Positions 1 to 11,130 of a stretch of DNA of 64,000 bases are shown here, piece by piece. Within the stretch, counting starts at the first letter, position 1; every line of letters starts with the position of its first letter. The translations under genes were made by a program, and so were the position numbers. Source of the DNA: an uncultured Chloroflexia bacterium (GTDB lineage Bacteria; Chloroflexota; Anaerolineae; CG2-30-64-16). The notes under the pieces were generated by a model, which was not told the DNA's origin, ran no database searches, and was given only the letters and a program-made list of their open reading frames with translations. Location: the NCBI GenBank assembly GCA_963774265.1, contig CAVZDU010000007.1, positions 128,001 to 192,000 on the forward strand, read 5' to 3'.

Positions 1-1972
1 CTGCATGGTGTCGATGACGGTGACGCCCATGCGGAAGGGATCGACGCCGAGGGTGGCGGAGAACTTGCCCTGCTTGAGCAGGTCAAGGGTGGGTTGGTTG
101 CCGTCGATGCCCACGGCGAAGAAGTCCTTGTTGATGACCTTGCCGAGCTGCTCGCCGGCCAGGCCGGCGCCGATGGCCATCTCGTCGGAGTTGCCGTAGA
201 AGACGTCGATGTCGGGGTCCTTCTGCCAGGCGATGGTGGCGACCTCGGAGCCCTTGGTGCGCAGCCATTCAGCGGTCTGCTCGCCGACGACCTTGACGTT
301 GGGGCAGTACTTGGTCAGGCCGGCCTTGAAGCCGCCGGTGCGGCGATGGGAGAAGATCGAGTCGATGCCGAGCAGGATGAACACCTTGCCGGTGGTCTTG
401 TCGGCGGTGGTGTTGTACTTCTTGGCGATCAGGTCGCAGGTGGTCTTGGCGAGCTTCTCGGCGCCGCCCCACTGGTCGTAGCCGATGTAGGAGACGACCT
501 TGCCCTCGGAGAAGGGGGTGATGAAGTTGTGGGCCAGGATCGGGACGCCCTTCTCGTTGGCGGCCTTGACCGCGGTGACGGCCGAGTCGGTGCCGATGGG
601 GTTGATGCGAGATGGCCTGGACGCCCTTCTGCAGCAGTTGCTCGACGGTGGTGACGAAGGCCTGGAAGTCGCCTTCGATGGCCGGGGCCTGGACGTCGAG
701 CTTCCAGCCGAGCTCCTTCGTGCGCGGCGGTCGCGCCGTCCACCATGGCGACGTGGAACGGGCTGGTCAGCGCCGGCGGCACAAAGCCGACGTATGCCTC
801 CTTCACGCGGCCGCGGCAGCGGGCTGCGGCGGCTCTCGGGCACGGTGGGCTTGTCGTTGTCGGTTTCGGGTGCGCCGGCGACCGGCTCGGTCCAGAGCTT
901 GCCGGCCAGGTAGTCGGCCAGGTTCTCCGGGGTGACGACGACGGACGGGGTCAGGATGATCTCGGGCACGGTCTCGCCGGCCAGGACCTTCTTCATGGTG
1001 TCGATGACGGTGACGCCCATGCGGACGGGATCGACGCCGAGGGTGGCGGAGAACTTGCCCTGCTTGAGCAGGTCAAGGGTGGGCTGGTTGCCGTCGATGC
1101 CGACGGCGAAGAAGTCCTTGTTGATGATCTTGCCGAGCTGCTCGCCGGCCAGGGCCGGCGCCGATGGCCATCTCGTCGGAGTTGCCGTAGAAGACGTCGA
1201 TGTCGGGGTCCTTCTGCCAGGCGATGGTGGCGACTTCGGAGCCCTTGGTGCGCAGCCACTCGGCGGTCTGCTCGCCGACGACCTTGACGTTGGGGCAGTA
1301 CTTGGTCAGGCCGGCCTTGAAGCCGCCGGTGCGGCGATGGGAGAAGATGCGAGTCGATGCCGAGCAGGATGAACACCTTGCCGTTGGTCTTGTCGGCGGT
1401 GGTGTTGTACTTCTTGGCGATCAGGTCGCAGGTGGTCTTGGCGAGCTTCTCGGCGCCGCCCCACTGGTCGTAGCCGATGTAGGAGACGACCTTGCCCTCG
1501 GAGAAGGGGGTGATGAAGTTGTGCGCCAGGATCGGGATGCCCTTCTCGTTGGCGGCCTTGACCGCGGTGACGGCCGAGTCGGTGCCGATGGGGTTGATCG
1601 AGATGGCCTGGACGCCCTTCTGCAGCAGTTGCTCGACGGTGGTGACGAAGGCCTGGAAGTCGCCTTCGCTGGCCGGGGCCTGGACGTCGAGCTTCCAGCC
1701 CAGTTCTTTCGAGCGGGCGGTCGCGCCGTCGACCATGGCGACGTGGAACGGGCTGGTCAGCGCGGGCGGCACAAAGCCGACGTAGGTCTTTCCCGCGCTG
1801 CTGGCGGCCGCTTCCGCGGGCTTTGGGCGGCTCTGTGGCCGCAGCCGGCGCCTGCGTAGCGGCAGGTGCTGGCTGAGCCGGGGCCTGGGTGGCAGGGGCC
1901 ACGCAGCCGATCAGCATCACAAGGATGGCGATCAGCGACGATGCGGTGAGTGACGAGTCTCTTCTGTACCAT
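1..1972 (-). CDS. Sugar ABC transporter substrate-binding lipoprotein (RbsB-like) with two tandem near-identical domains; frameshifted, runs off the window start
   Basis: Lipobox-like LIGC and an Ala/Pro linker. [27 protein letters not shown] periplasmic-binding motifs occur twice (~991-1790 and 1-800). No stop codon in the joining linker. Confidence 0.8.
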
Positions 1973-2044
1973 GATCAGTCCTCCTTAGGTGAAGCTCGAT
2001 CAACGTACCAGCAAAGAACTCGAAGGTTTGCTGGTTCCGGTGGA

Positions 2045-3197
2045 TCATAACCGTGGTGTTTTGTATTCTTTGCGATTGAACCCTCCGGTCTCGATACAGG
2101 CGCGCCGGCTCAGGCTGCTGCCGGGCGACGCGCGCGTAACCGCGCAGCCAGGGGATTTGGCCCTGGCGGATGCCACGTCGAGCGCGACGGCCAGCACGAT
2201 GATCGCGCCGATGACGATCTCCTTGGCGTTGGATGGCACGCTCAGGTAGACCAGGCCGGCTTCGACGAGGCGCATGATGAAGACGCCGATCAGCGTGCCC
2301 CAGATGCCGCCGATGCCGCCGGACAGGGAGGTGCCGCCGATGACGACGGCGGCGACCGAGGTCAGCGTCATGTTGGTGCCGTTCTGGTAGGCGCCCGACT
2401 GCAGGCGGCCCATCACCAGGATGCCGCCGATGGCGGCCAGCAAGCCGCTGATGCCGTAGATCACGATCTTGTAGAGATCGACGTTGATGCCGGACAGCCG
2501 GGTCGCGGTCTCATTGCCGCCCATGGCATAGGTGTAGCGGCCCAGCTTGGTCTGTCGCAGCACGAACCAGGAGATGGCGTAGATGATGCAACGGCGATGA
2601 GGAACGGCATGGGGACCTTGACTGCCCGCCGACGCGTGATGGTGCCGGTGAGGAAGGTCAGGAAGGCGTCTTTCTGGATGTTGATGCCGGCGCCGCGCGT
2701 CCAGACCAGCGACGACGCCCAGCAGGATGCTGCGGAAGCCCAGCGTGACGATCAGCGGGTTCATGCTGCAGTCTTGGTGATGAGCAGGCCCTGGAACAGG
2801 CCGACCAGCGCCGCCCGCGGCCACGGCGATCAGGATGGCCTGCCACGACAGCAATGCCGTTGGCGATCTGGCCGCCGGCGACGTTGGTGCCGGCGATCAG
2901 GATGGCGGCCACCACGCCGCTGAACGACACCATGGCCTCGACCGACAGATCGATGCCGCCCGTGAGGATGACGAACGTCTGTCCGGCGGCGACGACGCCG
3001 ATGGCGGCCGCTTCCAGCGCCGAGCAGCATGATGCTGGTCGGCGAGCGAAAGGCCGGCGCGGTGACCCAGAGGATGACGCCCAGGATCAGGAGCACGACC
3101 AGCGGCCCGGTACTGCGCGATCAGCTCGCCTACGATGGACTGCCTGCGCGTCTGTGGCGCTTTCGTCGTGGTCGCCGGTCTGCGCTCATCATGCTCA
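2045..3197 (-). CDS. Sugar ABC transporter permease (RbsC family), frameshifted; ends approximate
   Basis: Fragments [31 protein letters not shown] and [13 protein letters not shown] spread across frames. Confidence 0.85.
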
Positions 3198-4768
3198 TGC
3201 CTTCGTACGCCAGCCTGCGGTTCGAGCTGGCTGCCGGCCTGTGGCAGTCGCCAGTTCCATGATGCGTCTCTTCCGTCGGCCTCGGCCGCGGGTCAGGAAG
3301 CCGCGGACGCGGCCGCCGCCGATGACCATGATCCGGTCACTCATGCCCAGGATTTCGGGCAGCTCGGAACTGATCATCAGGATGGCCACGCCCTGCTCGC
3401 GCCAGCTCGTTGATCATTTTGTAGATCTCGACCTTGGCGCCCACGTCGATGCCGCGGGTCGGTTCGTCGAAGATCAGCACCTTCGGGCTCGGTGGCCAGC
3501 CATTTGCTCAGCACCACCTTCTGCTGTGTGCCGCCCGACAGGTTGATGGCCAGTTGATCCTGGCTGGATGCCTTGATCGCCAGGTTGTCGATGAAGCGCT
3601 GCGCCAACGTCCGCCTCTTTGCGGCGATTGGTCGACAGCCCGCGGGTCAGCCGTTCGAGCACGGCCAGCGTGATGTTTTCGCGCACGCTCATTTGCAGGC
3701 AAAGACCCTGCTGCTTGCGGTCCTCGGTCAGCAGGCCGATGCCGTGGCGGATCGCATCCTGCGGTGAGCTGATCGTGACCGGTTTGCCGTCGACATAGAA
3801 CTTGCCGCCGTCGATCGGATCGGCGCCAAAGATCGCGCGCACCAGCTCCGTCCGCCCTGCGCCGACCAGCCCGGCGATGCCCAGCACCTCGCCCGCGTAC
3901 GCCGTGAAGCTGATGTCCTGGAGGCGCGTGCCCTGGGTCAGCCCTTCGACGCGCAGCACTTCGTCGCCGCGGTCGGCCGATTCCTTCGGGAACTTCTCGG
4001 AGAGGTCGCGGCCGACCATCAGGCGGATCAGCTTGTCGACGTTCAGCTCGCTGCGCCGGCTGTGTGGTCGACCTGTGCGGCCGTCGCGCAGCACGGTGAT
4101 GCGGTCGCTCACCTCGAAGGTCTCTTCCAGGTGGTGGCTGATGTAGATCACGGAGACGCCGTGGGCGTCGCAGCTCGCGCACGATGGCAAACAGGTCGTT
4201 GATCTCGCGGATGCTAAGCGACGAGGTCGGCTCGTCCATGATGATCAGGTCGGCCTTGTGGTGCAGCGCCTTGGCCACCTCGACCATCTGCTGTTGCGCC
4301 ACGCCGAGCTTGTTGACCGGCGTGCGCGGGTCGATGTCCAGGTGCAGCTTGGCGAGCAGTTCGCGGGCCCGATCGTGCATCTCGCGACCAGTTCGAGCGC
4401 GACGCCGCTGCATGAGCTCGCTGCCCAGGAAGATGTTCTCGGTGACGGACAGATAGGGGACCTGGTTGAGTTCCTGGTAGATCGTGGCGATACCGGCAAC
4501 CTGCGCCTGGCGCGGGTGTGGTGAAGCGCACCGGTCTGGCCCTCGAAGATGACCTCACCGCCGTCGCGCTGTAGACGCCGGCCAGGATCTTCATCAGGGT
4601 GGACTTGCCGGCGCCGTTCTCGCCGACCAGCGCGTGCACTTCGCCCGGGCGGACGTCAAAGTTGACGTCGGAGAGCGCCAGCACGCCGGGGAAGCGCTTG
4701 GTGATGCCGCGCATCTCCAGCAGCGGCGGGACGGGGTTGGTTGGGTCAGGTGTTGTGCTCAAGGGCAT
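3195..4768 (-). CDS. Sugar ABC transporter ATP-binding protein (RbsA/MglA type, two NBDs), frameshifted
   Basis: [38 protein letters not shown] and [11 protein letters not shown] in successive frames. Confidence 0.9.
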
Positions 4769-4777
4769 TCACCATCC

Positions 4778-6205
4778 TTACACGTGATGGTACACATCCC
4801 AGTCCAGGTACTTTCCGAGCGCCTCATCGACCGGCTTAGCCACTTGCGACAGGTTGACCGCGGTGTGATGCTCGAAACCGTTGTCGCAGATGTAACGGAG
4901 CAAGCCCTGCAGGTTGGGGATCATCGCCACGCCATAACCGCCGAAGGTATCCAGCGGGTCGTTCGTCAGCTCGCCCTCGCCGAGGTAGGCGGAAATCATG
5001 CCGTTCAAGTCGTCGGTCGAGACACGGCAGTAAGTGAACGGCTCGGACTTGACCCGACCGACCACCGTGCCGAAGGTGTTCTCCTTGCCCACCGTGCCCG
5101 CGATGATGGCCTGGTAGTCCATGACCATGATGTCATCCGCGCGGATCGACTGGGGGACGAAGAGATCCTTGGGCAGATTGGAGCAGTGGAAGATAACGCA
5201 TTTATCAGGATCCTCGCCGTAGTTGTTGTTCCAGTCGATGAGTGCGCTGGGCTTTTGGGAGGCCAGGGCCATGGCCAGCATGCCAATCACGCCCGCGATA
5301 TCGGTCTCACACGCGGAGGGCATCAGCCCGTTGCTCATGATGCTCATCAGCGTGCATGGAACGACTCCGTAGAATTCCTCCATCGCGGTCCAACACTGAA
5401 TCGCGGAGGCGGAGAGCCTGTTTTCGGCCATCCAGTCGTCGATGACGACGCCCAGCGCGGCCATTTTCTCCAGCGCCGCCTGCGGGGTGTCACGCACGTT
5501 CACGTAGGCGCGGATCTGTTCCAGCTTCTGTGCGACTTTCGGGCTGCCCGCGACCTTGCGCGCGTGGCCGAACACCTCTGACAGGTCGATGGTTTCGGTG
5601 GAGATGCCAGCGTGTTCCAACAGCTTCTCACTGAAGCGAACGGTGATGAAGTTGGCCGGCCGCGCACCGATGAGGCCGACGCGCGCGCCCTTGAGGCCGT
5701 GGACCACGCGGCACGTCGCCACAAAGTCGTGCAGGTCCTGGCGGAAGGATGGGCTGAGGGGGTCGACGGTGTGCTGGGTCGTGAGGGTGTATTTGAACCC
5801 GTATTGCTTGAGGTTGTTGCAGGCCGACATCTTGCCGCAGAACGAGTCGCGGCGGTATTCGACGCTCATCTTGCCGACTTCATCGGGGGTGGCCTGGACA
5901 AGGATGGGCACGTTGAGCCCGGACCAGCGCATGACGTTCGCGATGGCGCGCTCATCGCCGAAGTTGGGCAGGGTCACGATGACGCCGATGATCTCTTCGC
6001 GGTGTTGCTTGAACAGATCCGCGCACTTCTGCGAGTCCGCAACGCTTTCGACACTGCCGTAGGGCGTATCGTGCGGGCCGAGCGCGATGGCCTTGATGCC
6101 TTCGCGGGCGAGCAGGTCGAGCATTGTCTGGCGGCCGGTCTCCGAAAGGTGGCCGGGGAAGAAGCCGCGGTTGCCGACGATGACGCCGAGAGTGGGTTGG
6201 TTCAT
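4778..6205 (-). CDS. L-fucose/L-arabinose isomerase family protein (paralogue 1)
   Basis: GNRGFFP, RRDSFCGK, ACETD, DWNNNY, FHC and FEHH motifs; start MNQPT after GGAG. Confidence 0.8.
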   Translation of the reverse strand: MNQPTLGVIVGNRGFFPGHLSETGRQTMLDLLAREGIKAIALGPHDTPYGSVESVADSQKCADLFKQHREEIIGVIVTLPNFGDERAIANVMRWSGLNVPILVQATPDEVGKMSVEYRRDSFCGKMSACNNLKQYGFKYTLTTQHTVDPLSPSFRQDLHDFVATCRVVHGLKGARVGLIGARPANFITVRFSEKLLEHAGISTETIDLSEVFGHARKVAGSPKVAQKLEQIRAYVNVRDTPQAALEKMAALGVVIDDWMAENRLSASAIQCWTAMEEFYGVVPCTLMSIMSNGLMPSACETDIAGVIGMLAMALASQKPSALIDWNNNYGEDPDKCVIFHCSNLPKDLFVPQSIRADDIMVMDYQAIIAGTVGKENTFGTVVGRVKSEPFTYCRVSTDDLNGMISAYLGEGELTNDPLDTFGGYGVAMIPNLQGLLRYICDNGFEHHTAVNLSQVAKPVDEALGKYLDWDVYHHV

Positions 6206-6234
6206 AGTTTGCTCCTGGTTGCTGGATGCTTTCC

Positions 6235-7740
6235 TCACGAGATGCCGCGCAGAAAGGCCTTCATCAGGGGCCAGATCTGGCGATACTTTTCGTATTGCGG
6301 CTCGTAGGCCGCGTGGACGTTTGGGCGCGGGTCGAAGGTGCGGTCGAGGGTGACCATCGTGTCGACGGCCGCATCGTACGACGGCCACACGCCCGCGCCA
6401 ACGCCCGCGATGATCGCTGCACCGAGTGCACCTGCTTCTGTGACCGCCGGGCGCACGACCGGGATGCCGAAAATGTCGGCGGTGAGCTGGAGCCAGGAGT
6501 CGGATTTGCTGCCGCCGCCGACGGCTCGACAGGTGTCGACCGCGATGCCTGCGCCGGGGAGCGCGTCGAGGACCTCGCGCTCGTAGAACGTGATGCCTTC
6601 GAGCAGCCCCTTGAGGATGTCGCCGCGCTGCGTTTCCAGCTTCAGGCCAATCAGGACGCCCGCAGAATCGTCGACGAATTCAGGGGGACCCGTGGGCGCA
6701 AAGTGGGGCAGCGCGAGGATGGAGGAGAGGCCCGGCGGCATCTCGGCGATGAGCTCGGCGTAGATGTCGCGGCCCTCGCGCTGGGCGAGCCTGCGATCCA
6801 GCGCGCCGAACGTGTCGCGGTACCACTTCAGTACGGAGCCGCCGTGGTTGAAGATAAAGCTGACATAACAGCCGGGCACGGCGTGGTGCTCGGTGTTGAG
6901 ACCCTGGCGGATCATCAGCGCCGGGTCGGGGCGCTGCTCGAACACGGGGGTCAGGCAGACATACGTGCCCATGCCATACATGGCGCGGCCAGCGCTGATG
7001 GCGCCGCAACCGACCGAATTGGCACACTGGTCGTGTGTGCCCATGGCGATGAGAACGCCGGCGGGCAGACCCAACTCGGCTGCGAGGGCAGGGGAGACGA
7101 TGCCCACGGGGGCGCCGGCCTGGCACAGGGGAGGCAGCTTCGCGCGTTCGATCCCGCCCCACGCCAGCAGCTCATCCGACCAATCCCCGCGATCCACGTC
7201 GAACAGCAGAGAGCGGTTCGCCAGCGCGTAATCGAGCGCAGGCTCGGCGCCCAGCATGAACGAGACAAAGCCAGCCCAGTGGAGCAGCAGGTCTGCAGCC
7301 TCGTACAGGCCGGGCTGATTCTCTTTCAGCCATTTCAGCTTGGGCAGGGAGTAATGGTTGCCCAGGGTGTTTCCGTTGATGCGATAGAGCGCGGGGTCGG
7401 GCAGGGCGTTTCCCAGAACATCGAGGTAGCGCGCGCCGCGCACATCGAAATTCAGGATGGAAGGACCGAGGATCTGGCGGTCAGCCGTGACAGGGACGAC
7501 GGCCTCGCCCATGGAGGAGACGGCCAGCGCACGGATGGGGTCGCCGGGCTGCTCCGCGGCCGCGCGGCGGATGGTCAGTTTGACCTTCTCCCACACCTCT
7601 ACGGAGTCGAGCTCCGCCCAGCCGGGCTGGGGTCGCTGGATGTCGTATTCTTCGTAGGCGACGGCGAGCAATCCGCCCGTCTCGGAGAAGACGGCGGATT
7701 TGCAGCCGGTGGTGCCGATGTCGATACCGAGCAGGGTCAT
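6235..7740 (-). CDS. FGGY-family carbohydrate kinase (xylulokinase-like)
   Basis: LGIDIGTTGCK, GTHDQ, VGGGSKS, EAGALGAA. Confidence 0.9.
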   Translation of the reverse strand: MTLLGIDIGTTGCKSAVFSETGGLLAVAYEEYDIQRPQPGWAELDSVEVWEKVKLTIRRAAAEQPGDPIRALAVSSMGEAVVPVTADRQILGPSILNFDVRGARYLDVLGNALPDPALYRINGNTLGNHYSLPKLKWLKENQPGLYEAADLLLHWAGFVSFMLGAEPALDYALANRSLLFDVDRGDWSDELLAWGGIERAKLPPLCQAGAPVGIVSPALAAELGLPAGVLIAMGTHDQCANSVGCGAISAGRAMYGMGTYVCLTPVFEQRPDPALMIRQGLNTEHHAVPGCYVSFIFNHGGSVLKWYRDTFGALDRRLAQREGRDIYAELIAEMPPGLSSILALPHFAPTGPPEFVDDSAGVLIGLKLETQRGDILKGLLEGITFYEREVLDALPGAGIAVDTCRAVGGGSKSDSWLQLTADIFGIPVVRPAVTEAGALGAAIIAGVGAGVWPSYDAAVDTMVTLDRTFDPRPNVHAAYEPQYEKYRQIWPLMKAFLRGIS

Positions 7741-8652
7741 GACGCGTGTCCTTGCACTGCGGCAGCAGTTCCGGCGATGCCAAAGAAGTCAACCAGGAGT
7801 TCTGTCGTGCGGCGGTAGACTGCTGTCTGCGCCCGGGCGACGTCGCGGTCCTGACGCAGGGGCTGCTCGTAGGCCTGACGGATTTCGGTGCCCACGTTGA
7901 CCTTCGTGATGCCCTTTTTGAACGCCCCGAGGACGTATTCCTGGCCGATTCCGGAGCCGCCGTGGAGGACCAGCGGGACGCGGGTCGCCGCGCTGAGTGC
8001 TTCGAGGCGCTCGAGGTTGAGCCGGGCCTGCACCTTCTTCTGGTCGCTGCGCGCCGGCGGCGATGGCGCCGTGGATGTTGCCGATGGCCACCGACAGCCA
8101 GTCGCAGCCGCTCTCCTGTACGAAGCGCCGCGCCTCGTCAACGTCGGTGAAGCCCTTGCCTGAGGCGAACAACTCCTCGTAGGGCGGCAGGGGGCCGGAT
8201 TCGTGCCCCATGACCGCGCCCAGCTCGGCCTCCACGGGGCGGCCGGCGGCATGGGCGACCTCCGTCACCGCACGCGTGGCCGTAATGTTGTCGGCCAGGG
8301 ACAGCCGGGATCCGTCGACCATGACGGACTCGTAACCCAGGGAGATCGCCTCCCTGATGATAGCGAGATAGTCGACCAGCGCATGGTCCTCGTCGATGAC
8401 GGGAACGTGATCGAGGTGCAGGCGAACGTGCTGCGGGTCTTGCCACCTGGCGAACTCCTCCGCGACCGCGGCCAGGCTCTTGCTCTCGAACTTCATCCAT
8501 TCGAGCCGCGCCACTTCGATGAGGGCGAAGGCGCCGGCGTCGGCGACGGCCTGGCAGACCGGTTCCATCATGGGCAGGTAGGGGATGTTGAAGGCGGGCA
8601 CGCCGATGCCCAGGCGGCGTGCATTTTGCATGATGTGGGTGACAGTGGTCAC
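7737..8652 (-). CDS. Class II fructose/tagatose-bisphosphate aldolase family protein, frameshifted near 8050
   Basis: VPAFN, HLDH, SVMVDGS, VEAELG, AIGNIHG, then LVLHGGSG and KVNVGTE in another frame. Confidence 0.85.
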
Positions 8653-8653
8653 G

Positions 8654-10093
8654 TCAGTGTGCTCCGTTCGTTTGCGGTGTGCTGATTTCGAAGCCGAGAT
8701 AGTGGCCGAGCGCTTCTTGCAGCGCGGACCGGAAGCGGCCCGGCGTGATGCTGACATGATGGCGGTGGCCTTCCTTGCCCATGTGCAACAACAGGTTCTG
8801 CAGGCCCGGGATGTGCGCGACGCCGGCGACGCCAAAGAACTCGGGCGGGATGGGATCGGACGTGATCGCGCCCTCGCCGAGGAACATCTTGATCTTACCC
8901 GACTCGGTCATCAGGCTGCCGAAGGTGAAGTCGGTGGGGGCCAGGCGCCCCTGATTGCAGCCATAACTCTTGCCCTCACCCAGGCTGGTCATGATGATAG
9001 CATGATCGGTGACGCGGCCGCCGGGCAGCATCAGGCTGGCGGGCGCGGGGCCGCAGTGGAAGAGGATGCATTTGTCGTCCTCATCCTCGTAGTTATTGTT
9101 CCAGTCCATGCACGCGGGCGGCGCATATGACGCCAGGCTGAGCGCTTTCATGGCAATGGCATTGCCGAGGTCGACTTCACAGGCCGCGGCCAGCCCTTCG
9201 TCGTTGAGTGCACCCATGGCGACGCACGGCGAGATGCCGATCTGCTTCTGCATTTCGTCCCAGCAGCGGATGGCCATGGCGTCGAGACCCAGCTCTTCTG
9301 AGATGTCATTCAGCGCGACGCCAAGCCGTACAATGTTGTCAAAGGCCGAGCCCGGCACGCCATCCCAGTTCGAGAACCCGGTCATCAGCTCCCAGCGGGC
9401 CCGGTATTTGGCGCTCTCGGGATCCACCGACCGCATCCGGAGGAACAGGTCCGAGAGATCCATGGTCTCCACGGTGATGCCGTGGCGCTGCAGCGCTAGC
9501 TCGTCGATGCGCACGGTTTTGAACGGCGTGGTGCGCGCGCCGATCGCGCCGACGGTCATGCCCTTGATGCCGCGAACGACGCGGCACACGCGGTCGAATT
9601 CATCGACGTTCTGCCGCCAGCGCGGGGATGACGGTTTGACGGTGTGCGGCACAAGCGCTGTGAACTTGACCCCATGTTGATAGAACACGTCCATGATGGA
9701 TAGCTTGCCGCAGAACGAATCGCGGCGGTTGGCCGGATCCATCTTATCCATGTCGTCGGGGTATGCCTGGATGAGGATGGGCACGCCAGCCTCTTCCAGC
9801 GCGGTCACCGCACCGTTTTCATCGCCGAAGTTCGGCAGGGAAATGATGACGCCGTCGAACTCGCCGTGGTGCTGCTGCAGAAAATTGGCGTACGCCTGAC
9901 CCTCGCGCACGGTCTCTACCGCGCCGTAGCGTGTGGCGCTTTCATCCATGATGAGGACTTTGTGGCCCCACTTTTCCAGCGTCTCTGCCATCTCCTGGCG
10001 CGCCGATGCGATTGACGACGCAGGGAAGAAGCCGCGGTTGCCGAAGAAAAGCGCGAAGGTGGATTTGCGAGTGTCCATGCGTTGCTCTCTCAC
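8654..10093 (-). CDS. L-fucose/L-arabinose isomerase family protein (paralogue 2)
   Basis: GNRGFFP, RRDSFCGK, ACEVD, DWNNNY, FHC, HRHH. Confidence 0.8.
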   Translation of the reverse strand: MREQRMDTRKSTFALFFGNRGFFPASSIASARQEMAETLEKWGHKVLIMDESATRYGAVETVREGQAYANFLQQHHGEFDGVIISLPNFGDENGAVTALEEAGVPILIQAYPDDMDKMDPANRRDSFCGKLSIMDVFYQHGVKFTALVPHTVKPSSPRWRQNVDEFDRVCRVVRGIKGMTVGAIGARTTPFKTVRIDELALQRHGITVETMDLSDLFLRMRSVDPESAKYRARWELMTGFSNWDGVPGSAFDNIVRLGVALNDISEELGLDAMAIRCWDEMQKQIGISPCVAMGALNDEGLAAACEVDLGNAIAMKALSLASYAPPACMDWNNNYEDEDDKCILFHCGPAPASLMLPGGRVTDHAIIMTSLGEGKSYGCNQGRLAPTDFTFGSLMTESGKIKMFLGEGAITSDPIPPEFFGVAGVAHIPGLQNLLLHMGKEGHRHHVSITPGRFRSALQEALGHYLGFEISTPQTNGAH

Positions 10094-11130
10094 TTTCTAA
10101 GTCGTCGACTGACTACGGTCTGGATGCCGACGGAGACGAGGATGATCAGGCCGTAGATGAGTTGCGTCCAAAAGCCGGTTAGCCCGGCCGCGACGATGCC
10201 AGCGTTGATCGCGCCGATGATGTAGCTGGCGACGAAGGTGCCGAAGATGGTGCCGGTGCCGCCGAACACGGAGGTGCCGCCCAGGAACACCGAGGCGAGG
10301 GTGTTCAGAAGCTGGCCTTCACCGACGGTCGGCCAGAAATAGGACACATCCAGGCTTTGGACCAACCCAGCGAAAGCTGCGGCGAGGCCAACCATCACGA
10401 AGGTGAGGGTTTTCACGCGATCCGTGTTAATGCCCATCAGGCGGGCGCTGTCTTCGTTGTCGCCGGTCAGGTAGACGTGTGCGCCGAAGCGATGGCGGTT
10501 CAGGATGAGCCAGATGACCACGGCGAAGACGATGGTCCACAGGAAATCCGCGGGAATCTTATCGAATAGCCGACCCACCAGCATCTGGTCCAACACGCTG
10601 CCCTTGCTCGCGCCGAGGGACTGACCGTTGCCGCCGCGCATCACGAGGACCACCCCGCGCCAGAAGAACTGAGTGCCGATGGTGGCGACCAGCGAGGGAA
10701 TGCCGACCTTCGTGATGATGAGGCCGTTTAGCAGCCCGGCAATCAGGCCCGCGGCCAGACAGCCGATGAATGCGATCCAGACGTTCTGTGTGAGGCTGAA
10801 AACCAGCGCGTAAAAAGCCACGCCGAAGGCCGTAATGGACGGGAAGGAGAGGTCGATTTCCTTGGTGATGACAACCAACGTGAGTGGAATCGCCATCAAC
10901 GCAAAATAGGGCGTGGTGGACATAAACGCGTTGTAGATCGGGTAGGACAGGAAGGTGCGCGGGGATCCGATCAGGAAGAGCAGCCACACCACGATCGCGA
11001 CCCCGAGGATGCCGATTTGCATGCCGTAGCGCTGGAAACCCCGCCGCACCGGGCTCTTTTTTTTGCGGTTCGTGCCAACTGGGGGGTCGACCTTCATCTC
11101 TTTCCGGGACGGTTCCCTATCAGCGCTCAT
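10090..11130 (-). CDS. Sugar ABC transporter permease
   Basis: EIDLS, FGAHVYLTGDNEDSARLMGI, SVFLGGTSVFGG; multiple TM segments. Confidence 0.9.
   Translation of the reverse strand: MSADREPSRKEMKVDPPVGTNRKKKSPVRRGFQRYGMQIGILGVAIVVWLLFLIGSPRTFLSYPIYNAFMSTTPYFALMAIPLTLVVITKEIDLSFPSITAFGVAFYALVFSLTQNVWIAFIGCLAAGLIAGLLNGLIITKVGIPSLVATIGTQFFWRGVVLVMRGGNGQSLGASKGSVLDQMLVGRLFDKIPADFLWTIVFAVVIWLILNRHRFGAHVYLTGDNEDSARLMGINTDRVKTLTFVMVGLAAAFAGLVQSLDVSYFWPTVGEGQLLNTLASVFLGGTSVFGGTGTIFGTFVASYIIGAINAGIVAAGLTGFWTQLIYGLIILVSVGIQTVVSRRLRK

Noticed and set aside
1-4768. Many frameshifts suggesting pseudogenisation of the ABC transporter
   Set aside because: Dense single-base indels with otherwise intact motifs, concentrated at one end of the window, fit low-coverage long-read error better
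6226-7818. Long + strand ORFs (also 12253-13923, 25101-26270, 33337-34554, 43637-45079)
   Set aside because: Antisense shadows of well-supported genes in GC-rich DNA; no recognisable motifs
8040-8065. Programmed frameshifts in the aldolase (also hypA ~43395 and M20 ~56910)
   Set aside because: They fall in short homopolymer or CG runs with no slippery-site context; likely sequencing errors
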